64,000 nt of DNA, taken from positions 864,819-928,818 of the forward strand of contig CAJFCJ010000007.1 in NCBI GenBank assembly GCA_904063045.1, given 5' to 3'. This stretch comes from Dimorphilus gyrociliatus. Its lineage: Eukaryota; Animalia; Annelida. A program made the translations under genes and the position numbers. The notes below the pieces were generated by a model. The model did no database searches, had not been told where the DNA came from, and saw only the letters and a list, made by a program, of their open reading frames with translations. Of this stretch, positions 40,848 through 54,000 are shown piece after piece (positions within the stretch are counted from its first letter, which is position 1; each line of letters begins with the position of its first letter).

Positions 40848-41198
40848 TTTAGTAATCTTTTTAAAAATTCAAAAAGAAAGAGAGAAATAAACAGGCGATA
40901 AAAAAATAAGAGAAGAAAAGATAAGAATGGAGAAAAGGAAAGAGAGGAATAAAAGCTAAAAGGGTACAAGTGCTATTAATATAAAATAGTAATAACGATT
41001 ATGCGCATTTTATCCAAACATTTGTATTTTATTAGATGTTGATTATTTAATTTAAATATTTTATTAGAATATTGAACAAAGCCAACAATAGATTAAGCTT
41101 TTTTTTCGTTCTTTTACAACTAGGAACATAAATTATTTTAGTTGTGTAAAACACTTATTTTCAATTATTTTGTAGTATTAATAACATTTTATTCCCAA

Positions 41199-41248
41199 AG
41201 AGAGAGAGAGAGAGAGGATAGAAGGAAAGAGAGAGAGAGAGAGAGAGA
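41199..41248. repeat. (AG)n microsatellite, interrupted
   Basis: AG runs; explains the spurious ORF 41142..41369 (RERERE). Confidence 0.9.
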
Positions 41249-41525
41249 ATTATTCCATGTTATTTGTTTTAATCAAATAATTATAGATTTTTACCTTTCC
41301 CTTGAAACTTTTATGGAAATCTCAAATACAAAATGGAATGCGAATAAAGTATTGTTAATGTTAAAATAACAAAAATATTAGAGATACAAAATATACTGGA
41401 CAAATACCACGAAAAAAACGCCAGAGGGATCTAAACTATCAGATTTTTATAGCTTAAATATAATATACCAAACAAAAAATTTCGATAAATCCTTTCAATA
41501 TAGAAAATCTTAAGTTATAGTATTT

Positions 41526-41551
41526 TCTCTCTCTCTCTCTCTCTCTCTCTC
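41526..41551. repeat. (TC)n microsatellite
   Basis: Pure TC run. Confidence 0.9.
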
Positions 41552-44500
41552 CCATTTTAACCTCAATACTTTGTAGTCTACATAATGGTATATCTTTTAT
41601 ATATTTATATATAAATTTATATTCCAAAGATACATTTACCTTTATAATGGAAATTCAAATATTTATAGTAAGTTTACGATAAATAAAAAAACAAACCTGT
41701 TTAATTATTGTTCTCTATTTGGTTTGAAACTCTGTTCAAAGATTAACTTATATAAGTTAGTCGTTTAGTTAAAGATACAAAATTTATAGTGTTCAATACT
41801 TAAAAAGAGAAAGTAGTACTCTGTTGAGAATTTGTTTGATAGCATCAAGCCATGGTATAATTATTTAGTTTTCATCTCCAATCTAAGTATACCTTCAACT
41901 TTAAATCAGATAAAACTAACCCTTTTGGTAAATTCTAATCTAATTCCACTCAACTTCTCAATTCATCTAGCGGTATTATTATCTAAATATCTTAATTAAG
42001 CTTTTTATAACTAGATTAGACTTATTGATGGAAATTTAGGTAAGCGACTCCCTTTTACAATTACATAATCCCTGCGTATGGAGGAAAATACTCAAATACC
42101 ATTTAAAATAGTTGGAAGAATAGTATAGAATGAATATCTACATTTGATATTCTGTTCAATAGCTCTTGAATAGGCTTGTGTTCAACTAGTTTTAAAAGTT
42201 TGATTGTAATTTTGACTTTTACGTTAAATTAGTCATTTTATTGCATTCATCCGACTTTTTAATTAAATATTCTCAAATTTCAATTATATAACACTTCTTT
42301 CTTAGTATGAACAGTACAGTAATCATCCGTTTTGTATAGACTACTAAATGGATTATCTCTCCAAATAGGATTATCACCTGAAATCTAATTCGTAGGTTTA
42401 ATAATAAATTTGTTCAATTTTACGTGTAAATAATCGATTGTATAAAAAATAACTTTAGAATATTTTCCTCAAAAATGTGACAGCTTTAAAGCTTTATACT
42501 ATATAACTTAATTAATTCCAACAGGTACGAATATATTAGTTTTATTATTCAATCACCTTGTCAAACACACCTTTTCTTCCCAGGTATATAGTATATTATA
42601 ATAGATCTACAAATTTTTCATACTATCTTATTAATTCTTATGGAATAAAGTAATTTTGGAATACTTTTATAGAAATAGGCCATATTTTGTAAGTGACTTA
42701 AAAGATTTACGGGAGTTACATTAAAAAGAGAGTAAGAGTCTTGAACGAATAAAAAATTAATAGAACAAATTTTTATTCTTAGTTCAAGCGTGAAAATTTA
42801 TTGAAAAAAGTTTTATTTGTCAAAGAAATATAGTAAATTTATCTAGAAATCTCCTTCTCTAACTAAGTCATTCTATTGAATAAATATAAATGTAACACGA
42901 TAATCCTTTATAGCATTGAACGTTAATTACATTGTTAGTATTTTATGAATATTCATTTATGCAAATATTCAAGAGGATAATGAATATAATTTTCTTTTTT
43001 TATTTATTTATAAACTCTTACCAGTTAATTAGTGTTTAATTTTTTCTCTCAGAACCTTTTCATTCAGCCACTTTACATATTCCGAATTCCCAATATGGAA
43101 TTCATTCACACCCTTTTGAGCTAATTCAAGCTATTGCACTGCTTATAAAATTCGTCTCTTTCTATAAAGACCCCAATATTTGCTAGCACCCTATTTATAG
43201 GCCTATCGTTTTATTTATATAACAAACCTGGCAATAAACAATAAACTTTTACGTTAATAGAATATCAAAAAAAAAGAAAAACTATATGTTTTTAATAATA
43301 TTTAACAGAAAAGGGAAATCTTCTTACAATTAAGAGACGATTGTCTATCATTCTTTCTTTTAAACAGCTAAAATAAAGAAAAAGTTTGATATCTTTCTAT
43401 AAAAACATCTGTCAAAGTTTTTATTTCTTTTTTAAAGCGAATTAGCTTTCTTTTATTGGTAAACTGTTTTTTTTGTCCTTTTCTTTTAATCTGACTGAGA
43501 CGTTTCATTCAGTTTTTTTTTTATCTCTAAGCTTAAGCAATCTGTCACTTCCTCGCGAGTAGTTACTTTCGGCTTGAAAGTGAGTTTGTTTAAATAAGTC
43601 CAACTGGACTTATATTTCGACGAAGCGGATATTGTTTATGAATATATATTTATATATATTTAATGGAATGTTAATAGGGGTTGAATTAGATGCAATTACT
43701 AGATTGGTAGCAATCTCTAAGAATCATTCAAAAGATTTATTCATGTTCAAAGGAGTGGGAAATTATTAAGTGAACTTTGATGACTATACCCAATAAGAGC
43801 AGTCATTGTAATAAAAGATACAAAACATTTAAAGAGGACGTCATTTGAAAAGTTTATTTAATACAAATCGCCATTGCCATTTCTTAAATGTTAAAAAGAG
43901 AAAATGAGGGTCTATTCAAATGTCAAGCCTCTGGAAAACTTGGTTAGATATGCTTGAACATACACAGGTGTGAGGAAAAGGAAAGAAAAAAATAAGAATA
44001 TTTAGTAATGGTAATCAAATTTGAAGAATATGTGAATTTGCTCAAGTATTTTCTTCTTTAATGTGAATTGAAAATTAATCGATTGGCTATTTATTATTGA
44101 AAAGCGAATAAATGCCTTCAGGATATGGACAATGTTATTAACAGTTTCATTTTTCTATTCAAATTTAGATGGACATTTAATTTCTTATCTTATTATCAGG
44201 CGAGTCCACCTTGTTTTCTTTACCTTTAATATTTTTATATATAGATAGTATAGGGTAATGTGTAATGCCGGAAATGAATTATTTGACTTCTGAAAAGAGA
44301 GAGAAATGAGAAAGTAATGGAATCTACTTTTAAGTGAAAGACGTTCTTTTTTTGAACAATATGGGTAATTAAAAGACGTTAATCTATGTTTGATACGAAG
44401 AAGAGGAAATTTGACATAAATTTAATGATAGGGAGTAAAATCCGAGGTTTTTTTTGACATTACAGAATTCGGTAATTTGTAAAAATGATGTAAAATAATA

Positions 44501-44789
44501 AACAGATAGCCGTATGTATATATAAACATTATAAATTCTCGATATAAAAACAAATGTTAATCTGATAATATGACCCCCTCAGATAGTATAAAACACCATA
44601 TCACTACTGCCAGAGGGAGACACTGTTACAAACATTTTTGAATTACAAGATACCTATTTGTCACAATTCCTATCTATTAATAAATACTTTTGAAAAATTT
44701 CACCCATTCTACGGGTTATGAGTTCTAAACACGTCTTAATATTTACAATCCTATACCTATTCAATTAAGCCTACATCAAGCGCATCCCA

Positions 44790-44950
44790 AAACGAGGCTG
44801 AAATTCCCAATAGGCTGGTTTCGTGCCTTCCCACCCAATAAGCTTTGCGCACCTGCGTGCGGAAACGTGAACCTCTCAAACGAAGCGTAGTCCCTGTTCA
44901 GACCGCGAACGATCAAGATGACGGCGAAACTTTTATCGTCTATAAATATT
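44790..44950 (+). promoter_or_regulatory. Probable Flamingo/CELSR core promoter or 5' region
   Basis: CpG-rich island about 150-300 bp upstream of the ATG, with two CCAAT boxes and TATAAATA at 44941. Confidence 0.4.
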
Positions 44951-45098
44951 AGTTTTAGTGTTTTTGTTGGAATATGATAAAAAAAAATTGAAAATATTTC
45001 TCTAATATTGGATAATGTAAGAATACTCTCTCAAATTATTTGGACAGCGCTATATAAATTGTCTAAGTGTCATTGTTCAACGAATATTCCGGAGCGGC

Positions 45099-48000
45099 AT
45101 GAAGTTTACGAAGGCTAAACTATTCTTTGTTAATTTCTACCTCTACCTACTCGCTAATTTTCAACTATCTAGTTTAACAAACATCGTGTTCAATGGGAAT
45201 ATAAATGAAAACTGGACTTACGATGTCAACTCACAGTTTCTTCATATGAGTAACGGAGTATTATATTCAATGAAATGCTCTCCTGAAACTGTTGAATTTA
45301 CTGCTCAAAATATTTTTACAAAGGATGAAAGCCGATCGTTTTTAAAGTTTGACTGTAAATCTAGCGTTAAGGTAAACGTACAAGTTTTGGTAAACTCTAC
45401 TCAATGTATTAGCATCTTTGATTTATCTAATTATCTTCCCACGGACATTTTGAAGAATGCTCAATCTTATGAACCGTTTATTACTGAACGAACAATCAGT
45501 GTTGTAAGGTCTACAGGCAAAGTTTATGCTAGAGAATCGCCTTGTATTCCTACTCAATTTGTCATTCTTGTTATGACAGATAATTTTCAGCGTATTCCGG
45601 TCGAGATTATTTTAAAGGATAGACCGAATAATCATGTCAGATTAAGAAGATCAGTCAACACTCGACCGGTCTTTAAATTTTCTTTTTATAAGGAAACTGT
45701 GATGGAGGAAAGAAATCCAGGTATAACTGTTGCAACAATAGTTGCCTCAGACCCAGATGGCAATCTCGAAGGTGTATTAACGTATAGTCTCATAGGGCAA
45801 CGAAATGCCCTCTCCGAAACTATGTTCGAGGTTGACGAAAACTCTGGACGAATATCAACTTCAAAAAAGTTGGACAGAGAATCAATATCAACGCATTATT
45901 TCCATTTAATAGCTAGGGATCGTAGTCGAAATCCCAAATCAGCAACAGCCACAGTTGAGATTAGTGTACTAGATGACAATGATCATTCTCCGAAATTCGA
46001 GCAACCGAATGGGATATATACTCTAGCTGTAAAAGAAGATTTTGATGTTGATGGAATCATTCACACGGTAGTAGCAACTGATAATGATGAGGGAAACAAC
46101 GCCAAACTGACTTACGAGATAATTAGCGACTCCAAGTTGGTGCTGGATACTTTCAAAATAGATTCATCTGATGGAAGGTTATCATTAAAAAAGAAATTGG
46201 ATAGAGAAGTTACAGGCTATTATGAATTCAGTATTCGAGCTACTGATAAAGCAGATAAGATAACAGAAAGAAAATCTTCAACAGCTTTGGTTAAATTAAC
46301 TATTTTCGATGTCAATGACAATTTTCCTCAGTGGACAAAATCTTCATATTCAGTTGAGGTTAGTGAGAAAATAGACGTTAAGCGTAGACCTGTTATTGCT
46401 CAAGTCAAGGCAACGGACATTGATAAGGGAAATAACGCTATAGTTGTATATACAATTCAATCCGGTAATGAGAATCAGATCTTTTCCCTCGACAAAACAA
46501 CTGGAGACTTATCCATACTTAAACCGCTGGATTACGAAAGTAATAATAAAAATTTTAACCTTATAATTAGAGCTACCGATCAAGGGGAATCAAAGTTATC
46601 AAATATAACAACTCTTACGATTAATGTGCTCGATGAGAATGATAACGCACCAAATTTCACATCCTCGTTGATTCGCGTCCCTGTAAAAGAAAGCAAACCT
46701 GTAAATGAGGTAGTTTATGAGTTCCGAGCATATGACAGAGATAGCGGAATAAACTCTCAATTGGTTTACCGTATCACGTCAGATAACAAAAATACTGTAC
46801 CGTTTAATCTCAACGAAACCACTGGACAACTGACAGTTAAGACACCTTTAGACAGAGAGACTGCATCATTCTTCAAGCTGACAATAACAGCGTGGGACAA
46901 AGGCATCCCACCGAAAAGTGCCGAAGTCGTCGTCGATATTAATGTCATAGACGTTAATGACAACGCCCCGGTGTTTTCCTCTCGGTACTACTCCAAAGAA
47001 ATACCTGAAAATATAGCTGTTAGTAGAGAAGTAATTTCTGTGATGGCCAGAGATGATGATGCAAATGAAAATTCAAGAATGACCTTTCGTATAATAAAAG
47101 GAAATACTGGAAATAGTTTTAGACTAGTTCAAAAGAGTGATACGATGGCATCCATTGTTGTAACGAAAGCTCTAAATCACACTGTAACTTCACAATATAT
47201 ATTGGAAGTGGAAGCAAGAGACAGTGGGGGTAAAACTGATGTAACAAATGTTATCATTAATGTAACAGACACAAACGACCATGCTCCATATTTCAGGAAT
47301 TTACCATCTGTGGTAGTTGTTCCTGAGGATACAAAGGTTGGAGGCTGGGTAGTGCATATTGATGCTTACGATAAAGACTTTGGGGAAAATGCTAAAATTC
47401 ATTACGAAATAGAAAAAAACGACTTCTTCGCCATTAAACCCCGAACAGGGAACATAACAGTAATTGGCGAATTGGATACCGAAAAAATTTCATCAATTCC
47501 CCTACTTATTTATATTACAGACTCAGGAAAACCTCCAAAAGCAAATACTGCTCAAATTCAATTTAACATAAAGGATGTTAATGACAATTCACCAATTTTT
47601 AATAAAAAAATTTACAAAATTAAGATATCGGAAGGTGCAAGACCACAAAGCTACGTCACAACGGTGATGGCAACAGACTTAGATAGTGGAAATAATGGTA
47701 AAATCAAATATACATTCGAGGGAGGACATTCAGGAAATGGTGCATTTTTCATGGAACTATCTACTGGAGTTATTAGGACGAATACTAAATTAGATAGAGA
47801 GACAATAGCCGCGTACGATTTGATAGCAGTGGCGTATGATCATGGAATCCCAAGAAGAAGTTCAACAGCAATTGTTCACGTTGAACTAGAGGATATAAAT
47901 GATAGTATACCAGAGTTTTCGGCCAATTCATTAGATCTATATGTCGCTGAAAATAGCAAAATCGGAACGAGGGTTGGTGTTATTCAAGCTATTGATAAAG

Positions 48001-51000
48001 ATGAAGGGAAGAATGCCGAAGTAGTGTATTCCATTGTTAAAGAGAAGGATTATGAATACTTTGAAATTGCGCATCAAGATCCCGCTAATATTACGACAAC
48101 GGCTGTATTCGATTATGAAGCTGAGAAGAAAGAATTCAAGTTAACTATTCGAGCTATGTCTCTCGATTTATTCAATACCGTTGAAGTTACCATTTACGTG
48201 CAAGACCGAAACGACTTTCCCCCTATTGTTCAAGATTTTGTGATATATTTTAATAATTTTCCTGATAGCTTCGCTAGGGAAATTGTTGGATATGTTCCCG
48301 CGTACGACCCAGATGTCTCAGACCGTTTAACTTACAGCTTCTACGAAAGGAATGAAGCTCACATTCTACATTTAGACAGTAAAAGTGGAGCCATTAAACT
48401 TGACCCGCGATTGAATTCGGATAGGCCTATCAACGCTACTCTCGGTGTCCTAGTTAGTGGTGAGTACCCGACCGTGTTAAAAGTTAACTCGAGTGTAATA
48501 TGTATAAAGAAAGTAGGCCTAGGAATTTGTAAATTGGGTCAACGTCTACTACGTCTCCACTAATCTTAACGATCTGAGATCTGATAGCTGGCGTAGAGAG
48601 CCTTCAATGTGGAATTTATGTTTCTCATACCTGATGCGGTTAATTTTCAATTAATCGCAATTAATAGCCCTTTCTAATTTATTTTTACTATGGAGCACGT
48701 AGGTAGTTCCTCTCGCTGGTCAATTATTTGTTTATCATTCATCTTAATAACAAGCAGGTGTATTAGGCTTTTGTTTTCTATGAATCAAAATTGTCTACAT
48801 GTTTATTCATAAATGTGTGTGTGTGTTAGTGTTTTCCTTACTTCAAACCATCATCATAGAAATTTTCTATCTCAAGGAGTCTATATTTGTTGACATAAAT
48901 AATACGAGTCAATATTGTGCTATTGCTGGCATCATTACATTGTATTCATTAATTATCGGTTAGTTTTCATATTGGGAAATTATATATCACCTTTCCGTCA
49001 TGTTGCTAAATATCATCTCGCTTGAATTCAGTTCAAAATAGGTGGTTATTTGAGACGATCTTGCCTGCAGCTATATGTCAAACTTATTAAATAATTTCTA
49101 AGTTGTTCAACGAAGGAGTACTTTACTATTTCTTTGTGTTAATTATAATAGAGAGGTCTTTATATTGGATTTTTTTTAAATGAAATTCTCTTAACCTTGA
49201 CGTAAAACTTCTTTAAAAAACTTGCTATTATTAAAAATGAATAAGAATGATTCAACAATTGTAATAAGAAATTCTTAATCGACTTGAGATCCTCGTTTTG
49301 TCTTTATAAAACGATTAGGTCGTCAGAAAAGGCGTGTTTTCACAACTAAATAATTAGCGACGCGTTTAAGAGCCGTAGATTTCACCCAAAACGACATAAA
49401 GTACTTGCCTGAATGCTTGAGCTATTCTACGTAGAGATAAAGATCGAAATTTGGATCGATTAAGAATGGCACGAAAACGTATGCGAGCTCAGGCCAGCCT
49501 TTTGAAAGTATTGTGTTCACTACTCGACAGTTGGAATTATTTATTCAAAGAACCAAGTTTGCAGCGTCTAATCACCATTTTAAAAAATACTCGACCAGGT
49601 GCTAACGGCTAACGCTCAAATTTGTATGAATAATACTTTTCAGGCTAGACCATGGGCAGATGTTGAGGGAGTTGTTATTTCACGCTTGAACAGTTTCCAA
49701 ACGATTCAGCGGCTTTGGTACTTACATTGATTACATAATAAGGACGCGCGCGTATTTACTAAACCAGACTCCTCAATTAGTCAATTAAGAAAAACAGTAG
49801 AGTTACAAAGAGATTATTTTTGTTTGAATTAAAGGAATATTAAGTTAGCGACAAAAAACGATTTTGTTTGCCTTCCCACTTTTTGTTTAATTAGTAGCGA
49901 TTGGGCTTTTTTTATTAGTATTGATCTATTGACGATGGGTATAGGTTTGCAAAAGTTTTTTGTGTCAGTCACTTAGAATGTTTGAAAATATATACAAAGA
50001 AGAAGAGATTAAAACAACATTGTCACTCTTATACGGCCAGATTAGTGTCAACAAGCTGAGTTTGATTTTTTCCCGCAGAAATATTGAAATTTGGCATCAC
50101 AGTTGGAAATTTTTTTTGTCCATTGTCTAGGGCCGTTGGCACAGAAACAAATATTCATAGTGATTCTGGACGGTGGATTTAACTCACGCAAGCTTTAGAT
50201 TAACCTTTAAAATTCACCATCCAAGTTCTTTCATGTTGTAAAATAATTCTTTTCTAGTGTAAACGGATTCGTGCAATAACTGTTGAAAATTATTAACAAT
50301 TAAAAATGCATTTCTTTATCCAGGTGCAATACTAACAACAAAAGGAACTCGAGCTTGAACTGAAAATTTGACCGTTTATTATATATTTAGTTTTCTCAAT
50401 ATGATAGATCTTAATTAGTTATATTGGGAAACCATTACTTGAGTTTATCGATTAGCGAATTTAATATTTATTCAAAAGTCTTCAGTGATTTTCTTGAATT
50501 TCAAATGAGAGTTTCAATAACTTAACCTTAGGTATTGTTTTTTGTATTTAAGGTTGCTGAAACATTGAGTTTAAATCAATATCGTAACTTCCTTTGTTAA
50601 ATCTATAAATTTTTACTTTCTTTGTAACAGAACCAATCAAAATCTTATTATTTAATGTCTTCTGAAAATTTTTAGCTTCACACTCGATTCTTGCGGACAA
50701 GAGGTTTAGTCAATAGATTAGGTTTCAACAATTTCAAAGAATTGGGGCGAAGATAATCGACTGAACAATTGCACTCTTATTAAGTATAGTCATAAGTCTA
50801 GGATAATATGTGTTGTAAGCTCTCTCTTCTCTACCTGCTGATAATGATCATATATTTTACCCCTGTCAGTTAGTATAACTGGCTGGATTTGTGTAGAAAA
50901 CGTTAAGATTGCAATCGTTAAAACTACTAATAATTAATATTACTGTTTTAAAGTCTCTGGCAACTTTTTAACAGTTTTGCCAAATGTGCAAGATATCACT

Positions 51001-54000
51001 CCTATTAGAACCATTAGCACTGTCACGAAATGGTCATCTGGCAATTCCAGCAATTAGACCTTGTGTCTATCATGTCAAAAATGACCGGTGCTGTTCAAAT
51101 GCAAATATATTCAATTCTTATGTTAATCAGTCATTGTCGTTTATTGACTCTGAAGCAGTGAGTTCTGCCTATGATATATTTCTCGCGGCTATTTTCAACG
51201 ATCGTTTACATTTGGTAGGAACTGGGATTTTTTTTTCTATCGATTAAAATAGTCTTTTATGTTGAAACCGAACTCCCAGTTCCACACTTAAAGACGACAT
51301 AAGCACCTATCAAAACAGTATATTTATTGACTTTAGATCAGCTTGAACCGTACTGTGATGTTCATCTAAGCAAAAGTTGATCTTTTCTCCGTACCAGTAG
51401 CTTAATTAGTAGGTCGTAAAGTGAAAAGGAAAAAGAGTACCGGCTACTTAGTAATAAAAATGTCAGACTGGTCTCATGTCTTTGATGTTTCTTTTGACGA
51501 ATCCTAAGATGTTAGGGCCTAAACAGCGGGGTGTTAGAAGTGGGGTTATTTTCTTTAGTACATTCTTTATACGATCGATTTTCTTGAATTCATAGCAAAT
51601 ATTTATACCCCTGTGTCACGTTTGTCGGAAAGTAATAAAGTTGCTCATGGATTCAATCAACTAGAAACCCAAAACTTTAGGTATAGGATTTGAAATATGA
51701 CACGTTTAAAGCGTGACATAAATTTAGTTACGCAAGAATGTTTGTTCATTCAATAGAGTTAATCAATAAAAGTTTTTATTATTAGTGGAAACCATTCAAT
51801 ATAAAGTAAATTATGAAATATTTTATGCAAACTTTTCTTTATTATTGAATTAAAAGGTGAAGGAAACAGTTAAACATCCGGGCTTTTGAATAGTTTTGCA
51901 TCCAAGTTTCTGCTTCTAATTGTGGTTTTCTTTATTCTAGCCAACAAAAATAATAGCATCCTGTTACGTAATTGCACGATATTCTATACGATGGTATAAG
52001 ATTCGCACTATATTTATATTCGTAATTGTCGACAAAAGTATGCAAGATTTGTAGTCGTACTATCAATAAACAGCAATGTGAATGGCTAAACTATTCTAAT
52101 GTTGGATATGAATGGTTTAAAGTAAAGCAAATTCTAACAACACAATAATAAGTTTGGATTTAGAGTATACATGGTGAAATTATTCAATACCAATGTTAAT
52201 TTATTCTTTTCAATATGTAATTTTTTCGTGCACCGAAATAAGCTTGTCGTTATTAACCCCCAAAAAGCTTAACCCTTTTCTGAGAAAATTATGCACTATT
52301 TATACAATTCACTGACACAATGATTTTTTGAAGTAAACAAAGAAAGGCAACGTGTTAAATATGAATGATCTCCTTACCATCTTAAAATAATTATTCTTAT
52401 ACATTTTCTTAAAGAAAACCAAAGATGCATACTTTGTACGGTCCTTTGTGTTTACCTGTATGAGAAAGGTCAAGAAAACAAGCATTGCATTGCAGCCCTG
52501 ACGTGTTTTTATTTACAGTCCGTCGGCTAATTGGCCGTCTTCAGCAAACAGCTGTTGGGCTTGAAAATAAACGCATCGATTTTGATAAATGGACCAGAGG
52601 ATTTGGGCTTTTTTTATTTGAGAAGTGATCATGCTGTGCAGTGGTTTTTAATGTTCTTTCGCGCGTATAATATTTGTGAATTTAGACGATTCTTTTCGTC
52701 GTTTTTAACCCTTGTATACTCTTGAGAATACGAAAATGTATAGGGGTTGTAAAACTGTTTCAAAGAGGAAAATGGCGTGCAGACATTAAAATCAATAACA
52801 GGCAAGAACTGTCGGAGATTTCAATACTCAATTACAGACAACTTTGTCAACGTGCCTCCTTGCATCAGGTTAATAGCTATATGATTGAATTGTGCGAGTT
52901 TATTGATTGGAAAATGTCACTTAATGATAGAAGAAAGGTAAATAATAGATTCTGTACCCATATTGATCTATGTTCAAAATGAAGCAGTTATTTCACGGCA
53001 CTATCCAACTGCATAAATATTTCATAGTAAATTCATCAAGGACCCTCTTATCTAATCAGACTAATTCAGCCCTATCGCTTTGTAAAGAATATTTTCCCTG
53101 CCACATGTAAAAATGTTTGAATTGACGAGTAAATGTAGTATTTAAACTGTTTGGAGATCAAAAGGCGGTGGGGAATTCAAGAAAGTAGAATAAAGCCGAC
53201 TTTGCACTTTACTTTCAAGTTAACACCTTTCGGGGCGTCGTCTCTCTTCGTCAAGACGCTATTTCTCTTCTTTGAATTGCCGACTTGAAAAGTTGTCTAT
53301 ACGATTCCACTGTTCTATTTTAAGTATTTAAAGGTGCAAATTATTGAATGGTATTTTTATTGTGTGTAACATTCGCCTTGTTTTCAGCTATACCTAATCT
53401 CGCTTTTAAGGTGCAATTGTGTTATATTGTTCAGATATATTTTTGGCATTTCCTGTCCTCTAGCATTCAGGGCACTTTCTTCTCGTGTTATTAATTATAT
53501 CACTTGAATGTTTTTTTAATAATATTTTGACTGAACGTTTTATGTCGCATAAAACATAAGCTGGTGACAACGGGGAAATTCTCATTAATCATTTTTACTC
53601 ATCCATCTGCACACCTGTTTTTTTTTTTTTTGGAGACCAATACTAACACTAAAATATCGTTTAAGTCAACACTTGCCTTTCATATCATATAACGGAAATA
53701 TTTAAAAACGTGTACGCTTGTGTGTGTAGTTTGAATCTAAGAGAGCAGGAGAAGTATAATCAATAGCCTGACGCATTCTCTGTCACGCAATCGAATGTAT
53801 TGAAAAAAGAGCATAGTTGGTAATTGTTTAGCCTACACAGGAAACAGAGTGTAACAGATAAGGAGGAGAGACAGACGCCTCTATTTATCTCGTTCAGATA
53901 AGATAATATTTGTCTACGACGTTTTAATGACGTCGTTTATTCCAGCACGTGATTAAGAATAAGGGTTTATAATTGGAAAGTTCGTTAAAGGCACAAAAAT

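Noticed and set aside
49466-49612. 48-codon ATG ORF in Flamingo intron 1 (MARKRMRAQASLLKVLC...) with a phase-1 CCA G|GTGCTA donor that could join exon 2
   Set aside because: Weak donor, no signal peptide for an extracellular receptor, and a length expected by chance in 7 kb. Only CAGE or RNA-seq could rescue it.
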